Positions 15,235 through 26,005 of a stretch of DNA of 64,000 bases are shown one piece after another. The notes under the pieces were generated by a model. That model saw only the letters and a program-made list of their open reading frames with translations, had not been told where the DNA came from and made no database searches. Positions within the stretch are counted from its first letter, which is position 1; every line of letters begins with the position of its first letter. A program made the position numbers and the translations under genes. The DNA is from Utricularia gibba (Eukaryota > Plantae > Magnoliophyta): assembly GCA_002189035.1 (NCBI GenBank), contig CM007990.1, positions 4,216,001-4,280,000 on the forward strand. Reading direction: 5' to 3'.

Positions 15235-16866
15235 GACTAAAGAGCTCTTTCAACTATCCCTGTTACCCTTTCCAACAATACAAGAAACCTCGTCAACAAA
15301 AAAAAAAAAAAAAAAAAAAACCCCAGTAGAAACGATCACTACATCGAAACGAAGAGCTGGAACAAAGAATCCATCTGCATCATATAATTTCCCAAGATTT
15401 CAAAGGGGAGGCATAGGTTTTCATATATTTTTTATCAAATCCACAAGCTTCTTCAAGAACCTCCGGGAATCTCAGGAAAGGCGGACAATTGTAGAGAGCA
15501 AGAAACACCCAACAACAAAATAACAAAAAAGGATACGAGATTTCATGCATTTTCATCAATGAAAACCGAAAATCAAAGAGCACCCACAAAAAAAACACGG
15601 ACCAGAAACGAATTGGGAAACCAACCTGCAGTGAAAAAAAAAAAGAGTTGTAAACCAAGCCTTCCCAAACCAATCAATGGATTCTCGCAAAGGGATTGTG
15701 AACAAAAGGGCAGGCGTGAAATGGGAAACAGCGAGAGAGAGAGAGAGTCAAAAAGCTCCCAGCGCAGAAACTCTTTTTTCTCTATCTCCGGATCCTCACC
15801 ATCTCCCGCCTCTCTTTCTCCCCGATCGACCCCTCCTCCTCCCTCCTCTGCTTATCCCTTTTCTTTTTTAGTTTGAATTAAAAAATAGGCAATTTTGTTG
15901 CTCATGCTTTCTGCCCATACCCATTTTGACAGCAACTCGTTGGATCAAGTTGCCGTTTTTGCATCGCCCGCTGTCCGCACCAGAAATTTTCATGTAATTT
16001 CGGCATCACATCCAATTGTAATAATAATCATAATAATAAATACCATTTCCATTCTCTGGGAAGAATCCATCCACGTCCCTGCAACTCACTCATTGGGAGG
16101 ACACCTCCTCCATGTCCTAACAACAGTATGTGGGCATCAAAATTATCGACCAAATGACTGAACACAAATTGTCGGAGAATCAAGTCACACGTGTTAGTTT
16201 TCTTGAGTCTGCTGCTGAGAGCCCGACACAGCATGCTCCTGTTGAAGCGTTCCTCGCTCAAATTTCTTCAACGGAGGTGCCAAAAAAGAGGTCCCCAAGT
16301 CCATGCATCCGGCTTGGATTTACCCATTCTGGACATGCCGTGGTGAATATGAATGAGACCGGATTGTAGGACAGGAGAGGCAGCACGGATTGTTGGAAGT
16401 GATGAGAATCCTGAGACTAATTGTTAGAACAAGTAATTCTAAATTGGGATTTAAAAATAAAACAATCAATTATATGAAAAATTATACATCAATTAATTCA
16501 ATTTAATCTTTTTTAATATAATATATATTTTTGTGTATTTGGGTTTCACGAATATTTGTATAATTCATCGAATCCTTAATTTCAACACTAATACTAAGTC
16601 ATTCGGGTCATGTGAGCTTAAGTTGGGTTAAAGTATAGATACATCAACTCGATTCATGCAAGATTTTGTTATACAAGCAAAGTTTGTTTTTGAAGTAGTG
16701 TTAGATTTCAACAAAGGGGGCAGCTGAAGCAAATAGAGCATCAGGAACTTAACATTGCTGTGAGTTGAAAATTCAAATATGCTGTTAAAAAAGAGTGATA
16801 AAATTGAATTGATAGATAGACTAGATTAATTCGTTTAAAGTGAGTAATAGAACTAATTTGAGAACT

Positions 16867-17486
16867 AGTCATCCAAACTTATGCATAATGTTGTTGACCA
16901 ATTACAATCAATTATATGAAAAATTATAAACGGTTAAAAATGAAATAAACGGTTATATGAAAAATTATACATAAATCAATTGAGTTTAATTTTTTCTAAT
17001 ATAATCTATATTTCTTATGTATTTGTTTAAAGTGAGCAATTGGAGTAACTTGATAACAAGTCATCCAAACTCATGCATAATGTTGTTGACCAATTACAAT
17101 CAATTATATGAAAAATTATAAACGGTTAAAAATGAAATAAACGGTTATATGAAAAATTATACATAAATCAATTGAGTTTAATTTTTTCTAATATAATCTA
17201 TATTTCTTATGTATTTGTTTAAAGTGAGCAATTGGAGTAACTTGATAACAAGTCATCCAAACTCATGCATAATGTTGTTGACCAATTACAATCAATTATA
17301 TGAAAAATTATAAACAGTTAAAAATGAAATAAACGGTTATATGAAAAATTATACATAAATCAATTGAGTTTAATTTTTTCTAATATAATCTATATTTCTT
17401 ATGTATTTGTTTAAAGTGAGCAATTGGAGTAACTTGATAACAAGTCATCCAAACTCATGCATAATGTTGTTGATCAATTACAATCA
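16867..17486. repeat. 192-bp tandem repeat, about 3.2 copies, near identical
   Basis: Unit starts agtcatccaaact at 16867, 17059, 17251 and 17443 (period 192). I saw only about three substitutions across copies. Confidence 0.97.
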
Positions 17487-18860
17487 TACACAAAAAAGAC
17501 ATACACTTGTAAGGAAAAGCAATTACATATTTGAAAAGGAGCTAACACTTACACTAAGTTGAATATTTCTAACAATCTACTTTCTTTTTTCAAAAATACT
17601 AGGAGAAACAATGTATGGTGAACATTGCATCTCCATTTTCCTAGTAGCATGTGGTGCGGTAGAAAGCCTTGGCCTCCTATGATTTGCTCTGCATTCACCT
17701 AAAAAGTAAGTTGTTGCTTGTTATCCTATCACTTTATGTTCCATTCTTCATCTTCTTCACTCCCCTCCTCAAGCAGATTCAACCATTGATGCAATACAAG
17801 CTTGAAGACCAAAGTCCAAAATGGTAAAAAATCTAAAGGCTTACTAGGCACGCTTGTCAATTGATGTTGGAATGACACAAATGAAGTTATAAGAAATCTT
17901 AACTTGTAATGATCATGTACCACATATTGATGTGCTTAATGTGTTCATGAAAAAACAAGGTTTTCCATAACATGAATCACAAATTTTCTATCACACCATA
18001 ATGAAATGGAAGAAAGTAACAACTAAGTTAAATCCTTCAAAACATAGAAACCCTTCAAAACATAGAAACTTACCAGAGGTTTGCAAGTATTATTTCCATG
18101 TTACCATACTCTGCTTCTTAATTTTCTCTAATACCAAATCGTAAGTAAGAAAAATGCAAAACAAATTTGATGAAGAGTAAAACAATGACACTTTAGGACA
18201 ACTCCAATAGTATAACAAAATCAAATTCTCAATTCAATTCATATTTTTACAATTTTACAATTTAAAATAACCTATATCTATTCGAGTCAGTTCTTATATT
18301 TTTCGATTATGATATACTTGAGTATTTTTAATCTCTTTATACTTTGGTTTACTTTCATGAAAATTGATTAAATTAAATTTATCCTATTCTATCTATTTTT
18401 ACTAAAAAATATCACTTATAGTCTCAATTTTTTAATCTACCTTTAAATCGAGATTCTAAATTGTATTTGCTAGTTTTTCTACCTCTTAAATCTATTCGCG
18501 ATATAGTAAAACAACTAGACATATGAAAATGCAAATAAAAATAACTAAAATCTCACGCTACCGTTGAAAAAATTTTGCCCCTTTGATTTGATGGTCAATG
18601 ACTCAATTGAATCGGATGAATAATCTAACAAATCGAATTTTAAATTTCGATTAATTGATTTAGTTCATCGATTAGTTTTTACAATTAATATAAATATTAT
18701 AATAAAATTTAGAATAAAAATATAGGAATACCACCAATCGAAGCCCGACAACGCATTGAATGTTGCATGATAACAAATTCATAACAAGAAAATAACAGAA
18801 ACAGAATCTCGCGGTAGGGATTCCATTCACATTACCGTGTTTTTAGACGGTTTGGATTCT

Positions 18861-18920
18861 CCCACGTGGCCGCATCGCGCCATTTGTGTCCAGATCTTCG
18901 AACATGCACGCAGATATTTT
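18861..18920 (+). promoter_or_regulatory. G-box and evening-element match in the RBCX2 promoter
   Basis: CCACGTGGC at 18862-18870; AGATATTTT (reverse complement of AAAATATCT) at 18912-18920; ATG at 19089. Confidence 0.5.
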
Positions 18921-19088
18921 TTCTAATCCTATGGGACCCACGGCATGCAAGATAGAATAGAAGGTGCACAGAAGTTTGCGTAGGCCGCGTAGCAGCTTTC
19001 CATTTTCTCTCCCTCTCTCTCGCTCCAAGGTTCCACGATTCTCGGAAAGGTGAAAGTTTTGCACCGGAATTCCAATTGGGTTCCCGCA

Positions 19089-20245
19089 ATGGTTGCCGGA
19101 CCCGCTACCTCTTTCGTGGTTGAACCCAAGGCCTCCTCGCCCTGTTTGTCTCTCGATTTCCTGCCTTCTTGCGGCGATTCGGTGGTTATGCAGCGGAGGC
19201 GTTTCACTGGTAGTAGGAGCATTCCAAATTCGGGGTTTCGTAGCTCATTCGTTGATTGCAAAGGGTTCGCGTTCTACGGGCGGCTGACAAGCTCCAAGAA
19301 GGACAAGAAACGCAGAGGTTTGGTGGTCGTGGGAGAGCTCGCAGGGCAGTACGATGACACGTTTAAAGATGTCAAAAGGGTATGCTTCAATTCTCGACTT
19401 CCAATCAAACTTGTTTCGATATTGAACCCCTGTTTCGCCATGAGAAATAAGTAGCGTCATTGAATGTAGAGGTGTATGCAATCCATCCCTATGTTTGATT
19501 TAGAGGCAGAATAGGAATAGACCTGCATTTGCGTATAATTGAAGATCCCAAAATTGAAGTTTTGTGATGCAGCAAATCGTTGACTACTTCACATTCAAGG
19601 CTGTAAGAACGGTGTTGAACCAGCTCTACGAGATGGATCCGAATCAGTACCGATGGTTTTACAAGTAAGCACCCCTTCATTCATCATAATTCCTTTCCAT
19701 CCGTTCAAAACTCTCTCAAGCTGCGATCTTTTTGATCTTCTGTTTTTCCCTTTTGTGAGAACAACCTGTTTTCAAAGCAGTGCTTAGATGATGATACAGT
19801 TGTGTTGCGTTGCCTCTGTCTGTCAGCTATGTTGCATCCAACGAGAGTGGGTACGGCAAACACTTCATTCAGAACCTTGTAAAGGTACGCCATAGCATTC
19901 TCACATGAGCATCAGTTTGTTCTGGGCGTTTGCCATTCGTTTCTGGATTCGCTGGTCTGAAATTTTCTGGGAAGGAGCAGGAGAAGCAGAATCTGGCTGA
20001 GAGGGTAATGGTCACTCGCCTTCACCTGTATGGGAAATGGATCAAGGTTGATGCCTGCTTCCTGGTTTAAGATGAACAGATCCCCTGTTCTCTACTTACA
20101 GGGCTTGTGTGCTCTTATGCAGAAATGTGACCACACTGAAATCTACCAGCGGATCTCCGACCAGAACTTGGAGCTGATGCGGGAGCGTCTGTTCGAGACG
20201 GTGATCTGGCCACCTTCCGACGACTCAGCTGCTGATGATGGTTGA
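19089..20245 (+). CDS. RBCX2: Chloroplast chaperonin-like RbcX protein 2
   Basis: Exons 19089-19379, 19573-19664, 19827-19884, 19981-20046, 20123-20245. Motifs YDDTFKDV, YFTFKAVRTVLNQLYEM, LAERVMVTRLHLYGKWIKKCDH, LMRERLFETVIWP. Reading frame intact. Confidence 0.93.
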
Positions 20246-20455
20246 TGCTTTTTCCTACATTTCGATGCATGGTTTCTGAAGAAAACTGCAGATGGATGGA
20301 TGGATTAGCAGTTCCCCCAAAAGTGTAAATGCTGATAAAATGCCATAACTGTAGCAGCAGAGTGAGCTCCTTTTTGGAGGAACAAAGGCAATAATGAATC
20401 AAGTGAACAAAAATGGCGACCATTTCTCTTTGAGCGGCCGTGGCTGCGGCTTACT

Positions 20456-22744
20456 CTACCATAATCCGATCACCTTCCACCACGCCCCACCGACGCCCAG
20501 CCAAATGGCAAGATTCACAATGGAGATCAAGAAGCCATAGCCCCACCATTTGGCTAGAGAGACATAACCTGCACCATAGAAGACAGGAGCTGATCCTATA
20601 CCATAGTGAGTGATTCCGCCCATGAGATTCGACAAAAACGACAACACGAGTGCTCCCAGATATGGAGGGGTGCCCAGTGCAGTGGCTACGGATAAGAATG
20701 CAGTGAACATGGCCCAATGTGAGCAGCACCACTAGCGAAGAAGTAGTGGGAGTAGAAGTAGAGCAGGACCAGAATGCCGAAGGAGAGCTGCCAAGAGAGC
20801 CCCAAACCACCAACAAACTGCACATAAAATGAGAAGGCATGACAAAGATGGAGGGTATCATCTTACAAACTAGAGCTGGAGGACGAAGAAACGAACCTTG
20901 ACTACAGTTTGGCTGAACCATGAAATGAGACCATACTTGTTGAGATACCCTGCCATTGCAATGAGAGCAGCAAACCAGGTGAGAGTGTCCCATGCCACTG
21001 ATTCAGCAAGGCATTCCTTCCAGGTTACAACGCCGGTGATAAGGAGGACGGATAGTCCGAGAATGGCTGCAGTAACTGCATCCACATTCAAGGCGCTCCC
21101 AAAAACCCAGAGGCCTACCTGATTAAAAGGCAGTGACAACAATTATCAGGATTAGTTCTGGAACAACCAACTTTTTTTTACCTCGAATCTGATTGAACAA
21201 CAGATTGGATTATGAAAACAATGGCGAAACATCAAGCAAATTAGACAAGCAATGAGTGACGCTTCTATCATAATATAAGGAATTTGCAAAGGCACATTGT
21301 CATCGACTTCCCAAGGAGAAATGCCAAAGCGAGGATTTTCCATGGGAGCTCAATAAGTCGAGGGGCGCTTCCACAGTGCCTCTGCAGTATATTTACTTCT
21401 GCCTCTATCTAATTCTTTGCACTACAAAAATATTCACTAATACTAATAAATGCCTAGCACAAGGCACAGAAAGCAACCAGACCACACCGGTAGCATCATT
21501 TCACACTCATGAGAGTATAAGCAAACGGGATGAGCAGTAGAAAAATGAAAAGCATAAGCATAATGGATCAGACTTCCAAGGTAAGAGTGAGTATTGGGCA
21601 TATTTACTGTGAGAAGGAGAGTTCCGGCCATGATGATCTCGTTTTTGGACATAGGGCCCATTTTCTGCAGTTTCTCTCTGGCAAGCTTTGGGGCATCAGG
21701 GCTTGTCTTCACAGTTGGTGGATAAATTATGTAGAGAAGCAACGGAACAACGATCAGTGATACAACTCCAGGGACGATTGCTGCCTTAGCCCAATCCATC
21801 CAACCAATAGGCATGTTGATGGTATTAGCAGTAAGGTTAGCAGCCAAAGGATTTGCAGCCATGGCAGTCAAAAACATAGAAGATGAAATAACTGATGTTT
21901 GGAAACAAGTCAGCATTAACCAAGAACCCAATCTGCCCTCAGTTCCATCACCTGTATTGCTACCACATGCCACACATAAAGATTTGACCAATGGCAAGAA
22001 AATCCCACCTGCCCTGGCAGACACTGAAGGAATGGCTGGCGCAAGCAATGCTTCGCTGAAAACTAAACTGTAGCCTAACCCGAGAGATGAGTTTCCAAAC
22101 AGGGAAACAAACTGATAAGCAATTCTATTACCCAAACCCGTCTTGATAAACCCACGAGCAAAAAAGAATGCCAGTGCAATCAACCATGGAATTGGATCCC
22201 CAAATGCTGAAAATGCAGAAGCAAATGTCAGCGTTTTTGTTAGAACGCTTGCGCCGAGGCCCAATAAAGCTACAGCTCCCAATGGGAGAGGCTGAGTGAT
22301 GATTCCTATGATCGTTGCCAAGAAAATGGACAGCAATTGCCATGCGTTGCGCGAGACACCACTAGGCGCCGGAACAAACCAAAGAATTACCCCAGTGGCA
22401 ATCGATGCGATCAGAGGCTTGATGGCGGCGCCAGGAGGAGGAGTAGCCGGAGCTGACGGAGATGCCGCGGCGGAAGCCGACGCAATTACAGAGGGCGCCC
22501 TTTTCGGCACCGGAAGGAAAAATGCTGGATTTCGGCTAGTCGACAGAATTTCATCTCCCTTAACTGGGTAATTGGAATTGGAATTGGAATTGGAATCGGA
22601 ATTGGAATTGTTGGAAGTCAAACCGCTCGTAAAAAGCGATCTGGTTGCGAGGCGCGGTGCTGCAGACGCGATACGGGGTTTTCCGGGATTGGAAACAGGA
22701 CGGAAACGGAGGCTCACAGTAGAAGTCAATGCTAAAGACGCCAT
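20456..22744 (-). CDS. DIT1: Plastid 2-oxoglutarate/malate translocator (dicarboxylate transporter 1)
   Basis: Exons 22744-21608, 21118-20897, 20817-20456. DASS-family motifs (AFSAFGDPIPWLI, IPSVSARAGGIFLP, THYGIGSAPVFYG, GGAWWKVIGLW). Needs one extra base in the C3 run at 20713-20715 to read HIGAMF. Confidence 0.95.
22575..22611. repeat. (GGAATT)n hexamer repeat encoding an Asn-Ser tract in the DiT1 transit peptide
   Basis: About six units of ggaatt/ggaatc; translation NSNSDSNSNSNSN. Confidence 0.85.
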
Positions 22745-22868
22745 TTTTCCGGTGGCTGAGATCCGCTCCCCCTCGACTATATCGTCAAATTTTAAGATTT
22801 AGGGGAAAAAAAGTGAAGACCGAGAGTGATAGAGATCGGTATCGCTAAATCGACGGTCAGAAACAGCC

Positions 22869-23092
22869 CACGTGTACCTTTCACCCCGGGATTCAATTTC
22901 TGCTCTCTTCCGCGGAGGCGCTGCTAAGCCTTTTCCTTCGGAGATGGCGCCACGCGTCGAGATCACTATTTTACCGGCGCAATAAATGAACTCCGGCAGC
23001 CCGGCAACAAGACTTCCGGCCATTGATGCAACTAACAAGTTGAAAATCTCCCGCCGAGAAATGAATGTCTTAAGTTTCATTCTATTATAAAT
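22869..23092. promoter_or_regulatory. Short divergent promoter between DiT1 and the proline-rich gene
   Basis: Start codons only about 400 bp apart; CACGTG at 22869-22874; TATAAAT at 23086-23092, about 50 bp before ATG 23143. Confidence 0.5.
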
Positions 23093-23142
23093 TCACTGCC
23101 AATCTTCATACTTGTCAGAGCGGGACCATTTCACTGGCAGCC

Positions 23143-23750
23143 ATGTCTTCGATCAGTTTCTTCATCGCCTTCATTCTCTTCATCTTGGCGATGCAGACCC
23201 GGGAATCCGTCGCAGTCTCTGCTAACAGGAGACTCCTTGTTCCCTTCCCCGACAACCATGGAGGATTCCATCACAGGTTCCACTTTCCCCTGTTTCTGCC
23301 AATACCGAATCATCACAGAGCATTTTCACCCGTACCCAATTTACCGCCAATAGATCTCCCGGACGTACCCCGTCTTCCGATACCAAATCCTGGCCACGGA
23401 TTACCGCCGCTTCCCCATTTCCGGCCGATCAATCTCCCCGGGGTTCCCAGTCTTCCCCATTTGCCGCCGATAAATCTCCCCGGGGTGCCCCGCCTACCAG
23501 TACCAAATCCAGGAAACACAGTTCCCCCACGTCCTCCTTTCCCACCGATCAATCTCCCGGGGGTACCAAATCCAGTCAACGCAGCACCGCCGATCATCCC
23601 CCCAGGGACGCCGCGTCTACCATTACCGAATCCCGGCAACGCAATTCCCCACTTCCCCACTTGCCGGCGCACACCGTCCCAGATATATCCATACCGAACC
23701 CACCTGAGTTCCCGCAGCCTCCAACCGCTCACCCCAGCAACAAAACTTGA
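23143..23750 (+). CDS. Secreted proline-rich repeat protein (PELPK-like/HRGP type)
   Basis: Hydrophobic signal peptide, RRLL motif, about five PI(N/D)LPGVP.LP repeats. One extra C at 23655-23658 continues the Pro-rich frame (PHFPHLPAHTVPDISIPNPPEFPQPP...) to TGA at 23748-23750; uncorrected, the ORF runs to 23802. Confidence 0.75.
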
Positions 23751-24143
23751 AAGATGGTGTAAGATTGTAGTGGATTCCCAGTGCATTTTCCACTATAACT
23801 AATACGAATAAATGCAGCCATGCTTGGCTACTGCTCCCTTCCTTGTAGCGTATCTGTACCTGACAACCGCTGCATGATAATGAAAAGGCTTCTACTATTC
23901 TCTCATGCAAAAAATCACTTCTTTTTTCCTTTTATTACGTACCATAAACATAAACCACTCCTTATTCACATTTTAATTAAATCAAAACATAATCAGGAAA
24001 TTCCAATCTACACCTAACACGGATTCGGAGATACATGAGTATGAGTACAAGGATTCATGAAATTTAAATGTATCGCGTTTAAAATAAAATTATTTATTAA
24101 AAATACATAACAATTTTTAAAAAATGATATAGTAACAAATAAT

Positions 24144-24147
<4 letters not shown>

Positions 24148-24181
<34 letters not shown>
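24148..24181. repeat. (TA)17 microsatellite
   Basis: Perfect TA run, read directly. Confidence 0.95.
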
Positions 24182-24187
<6 letters not shown>

Positions 24188-25573
24188 TAAATTTACTTAT
24201 TAAAAATAAAGTAATAAATTAATAGGTAAATATTTAAATATCATGTTAATTAATATTGAAAATAGAAATCTAATATCGGAAATATCAAAATTAACATCAA
24301 CTAATAACATAATTTTAATCTCAATGAAAAAAAGGTAATCTACACAATCACTAGTGAAATAAAATAAAATTATAAATATAGAATTGAATTAGATTATTAA
24401 ATAATATATATATTTAATAAAAAATTATTGGATATATATGAATGCATAGGTATATCCATGAATTATTATATGAATACATAAATTTATATAAAACAGTAAA
24501 ATCCGCATCTACACCATCTTCACCCCTGTCCCCTACCTATGTCACCGTTCAGTTTTCTTAACATTTTCGATAAGCCCAAGCCCAATTACACCCACAGCAT
24601 CGGTTCTCCTAGTCTCTTTTGTTAAATAATCAAATTAACAAAAATAAACTCGTCCAATTAAAATAATTTAATTAATAATGTATTTGAGGTATATAGGTTT
24701 GAATAGATATACCTTATAGAATTATAATTAAAAATATTTTTGATATATACATATTAAAAATGTATGTTGAAATATTATTTTTTATAGATATATTTATATT
24801 ATATAGACAAAAAGAACTTAAGTTAGATTCATTAAAAAACTCAATATGAAAGTTTTAAAAGGGTTATATAAATATTTTAAGGATGCATTTCACTCTCAAA
24901 ATAAAAAATAATAGTTTTAAATAATATAATTATTTCTTATTTTTCATAATATTCTCATTCTAAAAATAACAGATGAATGGAAAATTAATAATTTTATTTA
25001 TTCTGACTTTTAATTCTTAGTCTAATAGTTTTTTTAGTAGTATAATTTTTTCTTTCCTATTTCAATTAATTTAATTAAATTCCCTCTTCAATTTTTCATT
25101 TCCAACAAAACATATTTTTATTTACAATATTTTTTATAGCTATATAAAATCAAGTTATTTTATTTATTAGTTTTATTTTATGGTGTTAAATAATGTTATG
25201 GCGTTAAATGCCCTATATAGGTAAAGAAATAGTAGCTGTAAATTGAATATTTCCTAACCACTTGAAAGGAAAGTAGAATAGTCAAATTGGGAGCACAGCG
25301 GTACCGGAAAAGACCAAAGTGCCCATCCCAAGTGGAGCAATGTCAGCAGTGATCCGAATCCCCCCGCATCCTCCAGTGTCGGTCCCCCACTTCAAGATGG
25401 GAGGCTACAATCGTCATTTCATGGAAACAGTGGGCCCAACAACATGTTTTATGATTTGATTTATTGCCACCTCTCGGCTGCAAAAACAGAGCACGACATC
25501 TGCTTTTTGCGGCGGCGACGACGACGAGGGGTGGAAAACCGGAGGAGTTGGATCCGCAGATCGGAGGAAAAAG

Positions 25574-26005
25574 ATGTCTCAGAAAGTAGACAAGGACGAA
25601 ACGGAGCTTAAGGTTCCCCAAACTGTATCTATACGTATGCCTCTCCCGCCGATTGTGCCGCCACCGTCTAACGCGGCGGTGCCAAGGCCTCCGGAGAATC
25701 CAGATCCGGAAGCGTGCGGCGTCGGCCGCGCGAGGACGATCTCCGATTCGTCGCCGGAGGAATCAGATCTGGCGCCGCAGCGAGTGGGCATGAAGAGACC
25801 TAGGGAGGGAAATCGCTGCTCCAGTTCGGGTTGTAGGAAACGGATCGGGCTAATCGGATTCAGGTGCCGTTGCGGAGATGTGTTCTGCTCGGAGCACCGA
25901 TACTCCGATCGCCACGACTGCAGTTACGACTACAAGGCGGCCGGCAGGGAAGCGATCGCGAGGGAGAACCCGGTGGTCAAGGCGGCGAAGCTTCTCAAGG
26001 TTTGA
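25574..26005 (+). CDS. AN1 zinc-finger stress-associated protein (SAP5-related, no A20 finger)
   Basis: Intronless 143 aa. AN1 finger [39 protein letters not shown] and tail [17 protein letters not shown]. Confidence 0.93.
   Translation: MSQKVDKDETELKVPQTVSIRMPLPPIVPPPSNAAVPRPPENPDPEACGVGRARTISDSSPEESDLAPQRVGMKRPREGNRCSSSGCRKRIGLIGFRCRCGDVFCSEHRYSDRHDCSYDYKAAGREAIARENPVVKAAKLLKV

Noticed and set aside
16867-17486. Repeat array as a CRISPR-like locus
   Set aside because: Units are contiguous near-identical 192-mers with no unique spacers, no cas genes, and the context is eukaryotic.
17600-17930. Moderate-GC segment with short ORFs and a splice-like site
   Set aside because: No recognisable protein in any frame I read; could not be assigned.
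23313-23786. Gly-rich antisense ORF
   Set aside because: Reverse complement of Pro codons in the proline-rich gene.
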